Positions 56,697 through 64,000 of a stretch of DNA of 64,000 bases are shown here, piece by piece. The notes below the pieces were generated by a model. The model searched no databases. It saw only the letters and a list, made by a program, of their open reading frames with translations, and was not told the origin of the DNA. The position numbers were made by a program, and so were the translations under genes. Position 1 is the stretch's first letter. Each line of letters starts with the position of its first letter. The DNA comes from Pirellulaceae bacterium (GTDB lineage: Bacteria > Planctomycetota > Planctomycetia > Pirellulales > Pirellulaceae). The stretch is from the NCBI GenBank assembly GCA_040901775.1, contig JBBDYF010000260.1, forward strand, positions 9,122-73,121, written 5' to 3'.

Positions 56697-57353
56697 CTAA
56701 ACCGGGCTCGTCGTCGTCAGCGGTTCCACTTCGAGCGTATTGCCCGTAACGCCGACGACCCGCACCTTGGTGCCGGTAGCCAGGCGCTGTGTGCCGCTGG
56801 TGATCGCTTCGTATTCGACCAGCCGGTTTTGCAGTTTCAGTTGAATTTTTCCCGCCCGGGCCTTGGCCGCGGGAATGGGGATATAGACCGTCCCCTCCCT
56901 GCCGATGGCTTGGCGGACGCGAACCGTCGCATCCTCGCCCAGCCGGCCCATGCTGCGGACCATCCAGTGTACGCCATACATGGCGGCGACGCCCGCGATC
57001 GTGGCGACGAGCAATTGCACCCCGACCGACTGATCCGCCGCCTCGGCCGCCAGCCCCGCCAGACCGAAGAAGGTGCCCGCCGCGACCAGCGTTCGGAACG
57101 AAACCACGGCAAACAGCCAGGACGAGCCATGATTGCCCGCGGCGTCGTGCCCGTCGCTTTCGAACCCATGCGCGCCGGCGGCGCCGCCGGCATGACCCAG
57201 ATCGCCGGAAAAATCGGCAGGCACGTCGTGCGACACATCCAGACCGTGATCGCCGCCCAGGCCCACCAGGGTCAGCACGAACTGGCAGATCAGCACGGTG
57301 CCGCCAACGAGGGCGAGCAGCAAAAACAGCCCAGTAAGTGAGAAAAAGAACAT
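56697..57353 (-). CDS. NfeD-like membrane protein (flotillin partner, YuaF/YqiJ-like)
   Basis: N-terminal TMs (MFFFSLTGLFLLLALVGGTVLICQFVLTLVGL...), C-terminal OB-fold (GTVYIPIPAAKARAGKIQLKLQNRLVEYEAITS...KVRVVGVTGNTLEVEP); immediately upstream of the flotillin gene. Confidence 0.75.
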   Translation of the reverse strand: MFFFSLTGLFLLLALVGGTVLICQFVLTLVGLGGDHGLDVSHDVPADFSGDLGHAGGAAGAHGFESDGHDAAGNHGSSWLFAVVSFRTLVAAGTFFGLAGLAAEAADQSVGVQLLVATIAGVAAMYGVHWMVRSMGRLGEDATVRVRQAIGREGTVYIPIPAAKARAGKIQLKLQNRLVEYEAITSGTQRLATGTKVRVVGVTGNTLEVEPLTTTSPV

Positions 57354-57549
57354 AGTTCCGGCCCCCGATTGCGGGACAGAGAAGAGAAGCATTTGCCAGT
57401 AGTTCGCTGGTCACCCGCCAATCTTGCCCGCCAGAGAATCTTCGGTTAACGGAACGGTTGTGTCAAACCGATGGCGCGATTGGGGTTGCATTGGCGGCTG
57501 TTGCCCGGGTTCGGTATAATGGATGGTGGATTCCGTCAGGAGCACAACC

Positions 57550-57789
57550 ATGTCCGTTGCCGAACTCATGCCGTCGCTGCAATCGCTCGAAAGGGCTGAG
57601 AAATTTCAGCTCATTCAGTGGCTGGCGGCCGACCTAGCTAGCGAAGAGCGAGCACTTCCCGAAAGCGAATTTGTTCTGCCACCTGAAGATCAGTGTCCCT
57701 ACACTCCGGCCGAATTGGCCAGGATGTACTCGAACCGAAGTGGCGGCCGTCCGCTCAGTGAAATCTGGAGGAGCCTTGGCCGCACATGA
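57550..57789 (+). CDS. Putative addiction-module antitoxin (Unstab_antitox / TIGR02574-like)
   Basis: ATG 8 nt after AGGAG; MSVAELMPSLQSLERAEKFQLIQWLAADLASEE typical of this family; TTGGCG-18-TATAAT promoter upstream; stop overlaps the ATG of the toxin remnant (ATGA). Confidence 0.6.
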   Translation: MSVAELMPSLQSLERAEKFQLIQWLAADLASEERALPESEFVLPPEDQCPYTPAELARMYSNRSGGRPLSEIWRSLGRT

Positions 57790-57925
57790 AGTACACCGTC
57801 TCCTGGAGCAAAGAAGCGCAGGCTCGTCTTGCAGACTTTTCCAGTTGCCGCTCGGAGTGCTGTACCAGGTAGTCGCTGACGATTGCGAAGTTCGCGTGTG
57901 GTCGGTATGGGTGATCGACAGTTGA
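57786..57925 (+). pseudogene. Degraded ParE/RelE-type toxin remnant (internal deletion plus frameshift)
   Basis: Frame 1 gives MKYTVSWSKEAQARLADF (typical ParE/RelE N-terminus), then a stop after 28 codons. Another frame continues ...QLPLGVLYQVVADDCEVRVWSVWVIDS*, a typical ParE/RelE C-terminus. Only ~46 of ~90 aa remain. Confidence 0.55.
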
Positions 57926-57973
57926 GTCGGATCGCAGGCTGACAATGCTGGGCGGAATTCCCTGTAAGCGCTC

Positions 57974-60886
57974 ATGAGCACTGCTGCCGCCTTGCTGCCT
58001 TGTGGCAATCACGAATCGCCCCCTCCCGCTGACTGCCTGCGCATTCGCGGAGCGCGCACCCACAACCTGAAAGACATCAGCCTCGATATTCCCCGCGGCA
58101 AGCTGGTGGTGATTACCGGGCCCAGCGGTTCGGGAAAAAGCAGCCTGGCGTTCGACACCCTGTTTGCCGAAGGCCGGCGGCAATACATCGAAAGCCTCTC
58201 TCCCTACGCCCGGCAATTCATCAGCCAGCTCGAACGCCCCGACGTCGATGCCATCGAAGGCTTGCAGCCGGTAATCTGCATCGACCAGCGCCCCGGCAGC
58301 GGCAACCCGCGCAGCACCGTCGCCACGAGCACCGAAATTTACGACTACTTGCGCTTGCTCTATGCCCGCCTGGGCGAGATCGCCTGCCACCAGTGCGGCC
58401 AGCCGATTCGGCAACAATCGATCGAGCAGATTCAGGATGCCCTAATGGCCTTGCCCGAAGGGACCAGGCTAATGCTGCTGGCCCCGCTGGTTCGCGGCCG
58501 CAAAGGGCAACACCAGGAAGTCTTCGAGCAAATTCGCAAGGCAGGCCAGGTCCGCACCCGCGTCAACGCAGCCGTGTACGACCTCGACGCGGTTCCGCCG
58601 CTCGACGGGCGCAAGCCGCACACCATCGAGGCGATCGTCGATCGGGTCATCATCCGCCCCGGATCGCGGGCCCGACTTGCTGAATCGATTCAACTGGCGG
58701 TCAAGCAAGCAGCGGGGCTCGTCGTCGCCTGCTATCTCGATCCGGCGAGCGAAAAGCAGGCCCAGGCCGAGGGAAACGGCAGCGAAAAGTTTTGGATCGA
58801 CCGGCTGTTCAGCACGCTGTATGCCTGCCCGAACTGCCAGATCAGCCTGGAAGAGGTCGAGCCCCGAACGTTCAGCTTCAATAGCCCCTACGGCGCTTGT
58901 CCGCAGTGCGAAGGGCTGGGCTATCGGCTGCAGTTCGATCCCGAGTTGCTGGTACCGGATGCGAGCCAATCGATCGCCGGCGGAGCGATTGCCCCCTGGC
59001 GTGGCAAAGCCGCGACCAGTGGTCGCGGAGGCAAGAGTCAGGGGACAGGGGTCAGGAGTCAGCGGGACCACGTCGAACGGTTCTTAGCATCTCACAAGAC
59101 GGCGCTCGACACCCCGCTGGTGGAGATGCGGCCCGCCGTGCTCGAAAAGCTGTTTCACGGAGATGGCCAGGATTTCCCCGGTCTGTTGACGCTGCTGGAG
59201 CAGGAGTTTGCAACCACGGCCGACCCCGCCCGCCAAGAGCAGCTTGCTGCCTTTCGGGGGCACGTCACCTGCGCGGCCTGCGGCGGATCGCGCTTGCGGC
59301 CCGAGGCAATGGGGGTGCGGATCGCCGGCCGAGCCATTCACGAAGTCTGCCGCCTGGCAATCGGCGAGGCCCGCGAGTTTTTCGGTGCGCTGCGGTTCTT
59401 CGGCGACGACTGCCAAATCGCCGAGCCGATCCTGGCCGAAATCAACGCCCGGCTCGGCTTCTTTCAAAAGGTCGGCCTCGACTACCTGACGCTCGATCGC
59501 CCGTCCGACACGCTCTCTGGAGGCGAGATGCAGCGGGTCCGCCTGGCGACCGGCATCGGCAGCGGACTGGCGGGCATCTGCTACATCCTCGACGAACCGT
59601 CGATCGGACTGCACCCGCGAGACAATCAGCGGCTGATCGAGGCCCTCCGCGACCTGCTGCACCACGACAGCACGGTGCTGGTCGTCGAACACGATGCGGC
59701 GATGATGCGGCAAGCCGACTGGCTGATCGACATCGGCCCTGGCGCCGGTTCGCGGGGTGGAGAATTGGTTGCCACGGGAACGCCCGCCGAGGTGATGGCC
59801 AACCCGGCGAGCGTTACGGGCCGCTACCTGGCGGGTCGCGAAACCATTCCGATTCCCGAGCAGCGCCGCAAAGGGGCCAAATCGCGCAGCATCGTGCTGG
59901 AAGGGGCGACGGCCAACAATTTGCAAAATGTCACCGCCAGTTTTCCGCTGGGGCTGTTGATCGGCGTAACCGGGGTCAGCGGTTCCGGCAAAAGCTCGCT
60001 GATCAACGAGACGCTGGCCCCCGCGCTGCTGCGACGGCTGGGTGGAATCGCCCCCAAGCCGGGGCCGCACACGGCTCTTCGCGGCGTCAGCCAGATCGAC
60101 AAAGTGATTCAGATCGATCAGTCGCCGCTGGGCCGTTCGCCGCGCAGCAACGCCGCGACCTACACCGGCGCCTTCGACGAAATCCGCAAGGTTTTTGCCG
60201 CCACCAAAGAGGCCAAGCAACTCGGCTTCAAGCACAACCGCTTCAGCTTCAATGTCGCCGGCGGACGTTGCGAAGAATGCCAGGGGCAGGGAACCAAACG
60301 GTTGGAGATGAATTTTCTGCCGGACTTGTTCGTCCCCTGTCCGGTTTGCGAGGGGAAGCGGTTCAACCGGCAAACGCTGGCGGTGCGATTCAAAGGGCTG
60401 TCGATCGCCTGCGTGCTAGCCCTGCCGATTGAAGAAGCGACCAGTTTCTTTGAAAATTTTCCAACGATTCACCGCGTGCTGTCGAGCTTGCACGACGTGG
60501 GCCTGGGCTACCTAAGCCTGGGACAGGCTTCGACCACGCTCAGCGGCGGCGAGTCGCAGCGCGTGAAACTGGCCACCGAATTGGCCCGCATCGAAACCGG
60601 GCAAACACTGTACTTGCTCGACGAGCCGACCACCGGCCTGCACCTGGGAGACATTCGCCTGCTGCTGGGCGTGCTGCAGCGACTGGTCGAGCGGGGCAAC
60701 ACGGTGATCGTCATCGAGCACAACCTCGACGTCATCAAGGCGTGCGACTGGCTGATCGACCTGGGCCCCGACGGCGGCGCGCACGGCGGATTGGTCGTGG
60801 CGACGGGGACGCCGGAAGAACTCGCCGCGCTGGCCGACAACGAAACGGGCAAGTTTTTGCGCGAAGTGCTGGCGCTCGCTCGCTGA
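57974..60886 (+). CDS. uvrA: Excinuclease ABC subunit A (UvrA)
   Basis: Two ABC ATPase modules ([20 protein letters not shown]), zinc-finger CxxC pairs, [16 protein letters not shown] signatures; 970 aa. Confidence 0.95.
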   Translation: MSTAAALLPCGNHESPPPADCLRIRGARTHNLKDISLDIPRGKLVVITGPSGSGKSSLAFDTLFAEGRRQYIESLSPYARQFISQLERPDVDAIEGLQPVICIDQRPGSGNPRSTVATSTEIYDYLRLLYARLGEIACHQCGQPIRQQSIEQIQDALMALPEGTRLMLLAPLVRGRKGQHQEVFEQIRKAGQVRTRVNAAVYDLDAVPPLDGRKPHTIEAIVDRVIIRPGSRARLAESIQLAVKQAAGLVVACYLDPASEKQAQAEGNGSEKFWIDRLFSTLYACPNCQISLEEVEPRTFSFNSPYGACPQCEGLGYRLQFDPELLVPDASQSIAGGAIAPWRGKAATSGRGGKSQGTGVRSQRDHVERFLASHKTALDTPLVEMRPAVLEKLFHGDGQDFPGLLTLLEQEFATTADPARQEQLAAFRGHVTCAACGGSRLRPEAMGVRIAGRAIHEVCRLAIGEAREFFGALRFFGDDCQIAEPILAEINARLGFFQKVGLDYLTLDRPSDTLSGGEMQRVRLATGIGSGLAGICYILDEPSIGLHPRDNQRLIEALRDLLHHDSTVLVVEHDAAMMRQADWLIDIGPGAGSRGGELVATGTPAEVMANPASVTGRYLAGRETIPIPEQRRKGAKSRSIVLEGATANNLQNVTASFPLGLLIGVTGVSGSGKSSLINETLAPALLRRLGGIAPKPGPHTALRGVSQIDKVIQIDQSPLGRSPRSNAATYTGAFDEIRKVFAATKEAKQLGFKHNRFSFNVAGGRCEECQGQGTKRLEMNFLPDLFVPCPVCEGKRFNRQTLAVRFKGLSIACVLALPIEEATSFFENFPTIHRVLSSLHDVGLGYLSLGQASTTLSGGESQRVKLATELARIETGQTLYLLDEPTTGLHLGDIRLLLGVLQRLVERGNTVIVIEHNLDVIKACDWLIDLGPDGGAHGGLVVATGTPEELAALADNETGKFLREVLALAR

Positions 60887-60913
60887 CGCGCCGCGAGCGG
60901 TTCTGCTCACCGG

Positions 60914-60946
60914 CAGGGCTCGGTCGCGGGGGACGACCGAGCCCTG
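60914..60946 (+). terminator. Stem-loop after uvrA (13-bp perfect stem, no T-tract)
   Basis: cagggctcggtcg-cggggga-cgaccgagccctg, 28 nt after the uvrA stop. Confidence 0.45.
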
Positions 60947-61270
60947 GGCGGGCTTGCGGCCTGCCGCGCGCCGCGGCGCGAGGATCGCCGGGCCTGCGGC
61001 CGAGGGCCGCTGCGCGTGCAGGCGTTGGTGGGATAGGCGGGCGGGTGGGCCGGTGTTTGTGCCAGCCGGTCTCTGATCGTCCGGGGCTCGTCCGCGCCAC
61101 CACGTTTTTGAGAGCCAATGGCACTTCCCGCGCATTCGCACCTGCTTCGCAAGGCGGCAAGGTCTGCCCGTTCGGCACAAGCCGCGACCAGGGTGGTAAA
61201 CTGGTACTGGCAAAGGGCTTCGTAACGAAGCGCTGCCAAGGCCCTCTGCGACTCCGCAATGATTTGAAAC

Positions 61271-62266
61271 ATGTTCATCCATCGGCCCGATCCGCTTGGC
61301 CCCCGCGGCGGATCGGAAACGCCCGAGCGAGTCTTTCTCAGCCGACGACGCTGGATACAGTTGGCCGGTCTGGGCACCGGCGCGGCCGCTGCCGGGCTCG
61401 GCTATAGCGCCTGGCGATCGGCCAGCACCGGGGCCGATGAAGAAGTGCTTGCGGCGGGGCGTTGGGCACCGGACGCCGAGAAGCAATATGCCGGCTACTA
61501 CCCGGTCAACCAAGACGAGCGGTTTGCCTACGACCGCCGCGAAACGGCCGCGGCCGAAGCGGCCCGCTACACGAACTTTTACGAGTTCAGCAGCTTCAAG
61601 TGGTGCTGGAAGTACGTCGGTCGTTTTCGGCCCGACTGCTGGACTCTGACGGTGGACGGCTTGTGCCGCCAACCGCTAAAGCTTGATCTGGCCGACTTTT
61701 ACCACCGATTCCACGACGAATTCGTCGAGCGCCAGTACCGCCACCGCTGCGTGGAACGCTGGGCGATGGCCGTTCCGTGGACGGGCATTCCGCTCGCCAG
61801 CTTGTTGAAACTGGCCGATCCGCTGGCCCAGGCGACCCACGTTCGCCTGGTCTCGTTCGAGCGACCGGCCGAGGCGCCGCAACAAGCGGCGGGGGGCGAT
61901 TTTCCCTGGCCGTACACCGAGGGGCTCACGCTACGCGAAGCGATGAACGACCTAACGCTTTTGGCAGTGGGAGTTTATGGCCGGCCGCTGCTCAAGCAGC
62001 ACGGGGCGCCGCTGCGTTTGGTGGTGCCCTGGAAATATGGGTACAAGTCGATTAAGTCGATCGAGCGGATCGAACTGGTCGGCCGCGAGCCGGCGACATT
62101 TTGGAGCACGCTCAACCCTGCGGCGTACCCGTTTGAGTCGAATGTCGATCCGGCGATCCCCCGCCCCTGGGACCAATCGACCGAGAGGATGCTCGGCTCC
62201 GGCGAGCGCCTGCCGACCCAGCCCTACAACGGTTACGCAAGCTGGGTCGCCCCGCTTTACCGATAA
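61271..62266 (+). CDS. msrP: Protein-methionine-sulfoxide reductase catalytic subunit MsrP (YedY; molybdopterin oxidoreductase) with Tat signal
   Basis: SRRRWIQLAGLGTGAAAAG Tat motif; YedY-family conservation (...FYEFSSFKWCWKYVG..., ...HRCVERWAMAVPWTGIPL..., ...LRLVVPWKYGYKSIKSI...). Confidence 0.85.
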   Translation: MFIHRPDPLGPRGGSETPERVFLSRRRWIQLAGLGTGAAAAGLGYSAWRSASTGADEEVLAAGRWAPDAEKQYAGYYPVNQDERFAYDRRETAAAEAARYTNFYEFSSFKWCWKYVGRFRPDCWTLTVDGLCRQPLKLDLADFYHRFHDEFVERQYRHRCVERWAMAVPWTGIPLASLLKLADPLAQATHVRLVSFERPAEAPQQAAGGDFPWPYTEGLTLREAMNDLTLLAVGVYGRPLLKQHGAPLRLVVPWKYGYKSIKSIERIELVGREPATFWSTLNPAAYPFESNVDPAIPRPWDQSTERMLGSGERLPTQPYNGYASWVAPLYR

Positions 62267-62294
62267 GCTAGCAGCACCTGTTGCCGAGCCAGCG

Positions 62295-62516
62295 TTACGA
62301 TTTACCGACCGCCCCAGCGGCAACCGGCTCGCTACCCATCGCCACTGGCGAACCGAGCACTTGCTCGATCGACCGACCGCTGGCGGCTCCGTTGGTCGCG
62401 CGAAACTCGCCGCCGCAATGCACGCAGGTCACATGGCGGCCAAAGTACTGGACTGGCATTCTCAAACTGCGCCCGCAGACGGGGCATTGCTGGTAAAACA
62501 CCGAGAATGGCGTCAT
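62295..62516 (-). CDS. Small zinc-ribbon protein (73 aa)
   Basis: MTPFSVFYQQCPVCGRSLRMPVQYFGRHVTCVHCGGEF: two CxxC pairs. Confidence 0.45.
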   Translation of the reverse strand: MTPFSVFYQQCPVCGRSLRMPVQYFGRHVTCVHCGGEFRATNGAASGRSIEQVLGSPVAMGSEPVAAGAVGKS

Positions 62517-62720
62517 GTCCGGTAACCTCCTACTACCGTGGATGGAACCGACCTCAACATCCGATGAGGCCCGCATTCTAAGGGTGCCACGGCAGTCTCG
62601 CAAACAAATTCCCGCGGTCAAAAATGCTAGTGACCGAGGAAGGAGGACGCGGCGCGGCAGACCAAGGTTCGGCATCAAAGCAAATTTCGTGCCGCTACGC
62701 CGCCAGGCAACCCTTGAGTG

Positions 62721-63863
62721 CTAGCGGGGGTCGATTTTCAGTTTCACGTTGTACTGCCCAGGGTACTGATATCCCTGGTTGGCATACTCGGCTTGCATGC
62801 CGATCGCGAGTTGCAACACACCCGACGACTTGGCGACGAACGTCGTTTGCCGGCCGACCTTGAAGACCGTTCCCTTCTCGCCGATGCGGGCCACCAGCGC
62901 GCCGCCGGGAATCTGGTTGGGAACGTACCAGCCATAGTTCGGCGCGCCGTCGGGACCGGTCGCCGCGTTGCTCCCCCACGGAGACATCACGATATTCCCC
63001 TCGGCCTGCACGGTGATTTTGTCCCCCGCTTCGACGCGGATGCCGGACGTTTTGAACTGGCGCTGGGCGAGGTTCGAGCCATCCACGACCACGCTTTTAC
63101 GAAGCGCCTCTTTCACCTCGAGTTGCCGGGCCGCCATCTTCACATCGGCCAGATCGATGTTGAGCGGCCCGTACTTGCTTTGAATCGTGAACTCGGCGGG
63201 CGCTACCTTGCCGACGACCGTAAAGTCGGTGGTCACCACCGTATCGAGCCGCAACCACGGCTGTTCGACGGTCGCTTCGTCGTCGTCGCCCAGTTCTTCG
63301 GATCGCGTTTCCAGTTCTTTCAGAATCTCGCCGACGTGGCGTTTGATTTCGGCATTTTCAGAAGCCGCGTGACGCTCGAGTTCCTGCCGCACCTTCAGGC
63401 CCATCGCGGCCAGATCTTTATGGGCTTGTTCGCGGGTTTTGTAATCGTCCGAAGCCAAGTTATTGATCAGGGCCTCCAAATCGGCCAGTTGCTTGGGGTT
63501 GCTTTCCAGACCGGGCGTAAAGCTGCGGATGTTGGCGACCGGCACCACCAGCTTGCCAAAAGCGGTATCGACCGAGATTTCGCTGACCGACAAATCGCCG
63601 CTGATGACGCTCCCATCGAGCAGGTGCAGCTTGATGTGCTTGGGGCCAAGCTGCACCTCTTGCTTGCGGGGAACTTCGATCGCCCCTTCTTCGGGTTTCT
63701 CTTCGTCCGGTTTGGCGGGGACGGCAGGCGCCGCGGGCGCTGCTCTGGGTGGGGCGAAGGGGTCGGCGGCACGGCGAGGCGCAATTTGCCCGTAGGCGGT
63801 CGCGAGTCCCCAGGCAGGAATCGTCGCTGCGATCAAAGCCGCACGAAAAAAACGACGCATCAT
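62721..63863 (-). CDS. Secreted hypothetical protein
   Basis: Start MMRRFFRAALIAATIPAWGLATAYGQ signal peptide; Pro/Ala-rich linker; acidic helical region; C-terminal beta-rich domain ending ...QYPGQYNVKLKIDPR. Confidence 0.6.
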   Translation of the reverse strand: MMRRFFRAALIAATIPAWGLATAYGQIAPRRAADPFAPPRAAPAAPAVPAKPDEEKPEEGAIEVPRKQEVQLGPKHIKLHLLDGSVISGDLSVSEISVDTAFGKLVVPVANIRSFTPGLESNPKQLADLEALINNLASDDYKTREQAHKDLAAMGLKVRQELERHAASENAEIKRHVGEILKELETRSEELGDDDEATVEQPWLRLDTVVTTDFTVVGKVAPAEFTIQSKYGPLNIDLADVKMAARQLEVKEALRKSVVVDGSNLAQRQFKTSGIRVEAGDKITVQAEGNIVMSPWGSNAATGPDGAPNYGWYVPNQIPGGALVARIGEKGTVFKVGRQTTFVAKSSGVLQLAIGMQAEYANQGYQYPGQYNVKLKIDPR

Positions 63864-64000
63864 GTCACCTTCCAGAGAAAGAGGTGCGAACGCTCTCATT
63901 GTGGTTGCTGCCCGGCCGGATTTCCAGAGTACAAGGAGATTCAGTGCTAATTCGACTGTCCCAAATTGATCTTTTTGCTGCAAGTTGTTGAGGATGATAA

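Noticed and set aside
58469-60373. Minus-strand ORFs of 200 and 429 aa, and several plus-frame ORFs within 58393..60432
   Set aside because: All overlap uvrA, which is unambiguous.
1-64000. CRISPR arrays, IS elements and transposases
   Set aside because: No regularly spaced direct repeats and no transposase or IS-type inverted-repeat termini were seen. The only mobile-element trace is the prophage remnant at the left end.

Overview
This is a high-GC (~65-70%) chromosomal segment that looks Planctomycetes-like: it carries a PSCyt1/PSCyt2/PSD1 'planctomycete cytochrome C' protein next to a DUF1501 protein, a PVC-type membrane dehydrogenase with a CxxCH heme domain, an arylsulfatase, and many GTG/TTG starts with weak Shine-Dalgarno sites. 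Coding density is high and both strands are used. Main content from left to right: (1) a decayed prophage end, with a chimeric integrase-N-terminus/virion-morphogenesis ORF beside tRNA-Pro(GGG). (2) A type III PKS with an overlapping FAD-dependent oxidoreductase and a convergent SAM methyltransferase, resembling an srsABC-like alkylresorcinol/alkylquinone set. (3) A TolC-like outer membrane factor, HlyD-like adaptor and FtsX/MacB-like permease efflux operon with no ATPase. (4) A ~1.2 kb low-GC islet (~52% GC) holding a canonical dCTP deaminase and a small unknown ORF behind a nested-palindrome operator. (5) A perfect consensus sigma70 promoter with a ~390 nt leader in front of a YyaL-like thioredoxin-domain gene. 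(6) BamA (Omp85) encoded as two consecutive genes: a periplasmic POTRA protein, then a separate lipoprotein-signal plus beta-barrel protein. (7) A bufferin-like RiPP operon (DUF2282-like Cys-rich precursor, MNIO/DUF692, DUF2063), divergent from a MarR plus second TolC-like gene pair. (8) An HTTM-domain membrane protein with an overlapping small membrane partner. (9) Two toxin-antitoxin remnants: vapB with a frameshifted vapC, and an Unstab_antitox-type antitoxin with a ParE/RelE-like stub. Housekeeping genes include uvrA, msrP, a DEAD-box helicase, a RluA-family pseudouridine synthase, pepF, fabH and a dihydroorotase-like amidohydrolase. Several unrelated genes contain 15-bp in-frame tandem repeats. 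The items that most deserve follow-up are the split BamA, the low-GC dCTP deaminase islet and the Tat/lipobox bufferin-like operon; I cannot run homology searches or compositional scans here, so those are stated as checks rather than results. Many long ORFs in the six-frame track are antisense GC artefacts and were rejected.
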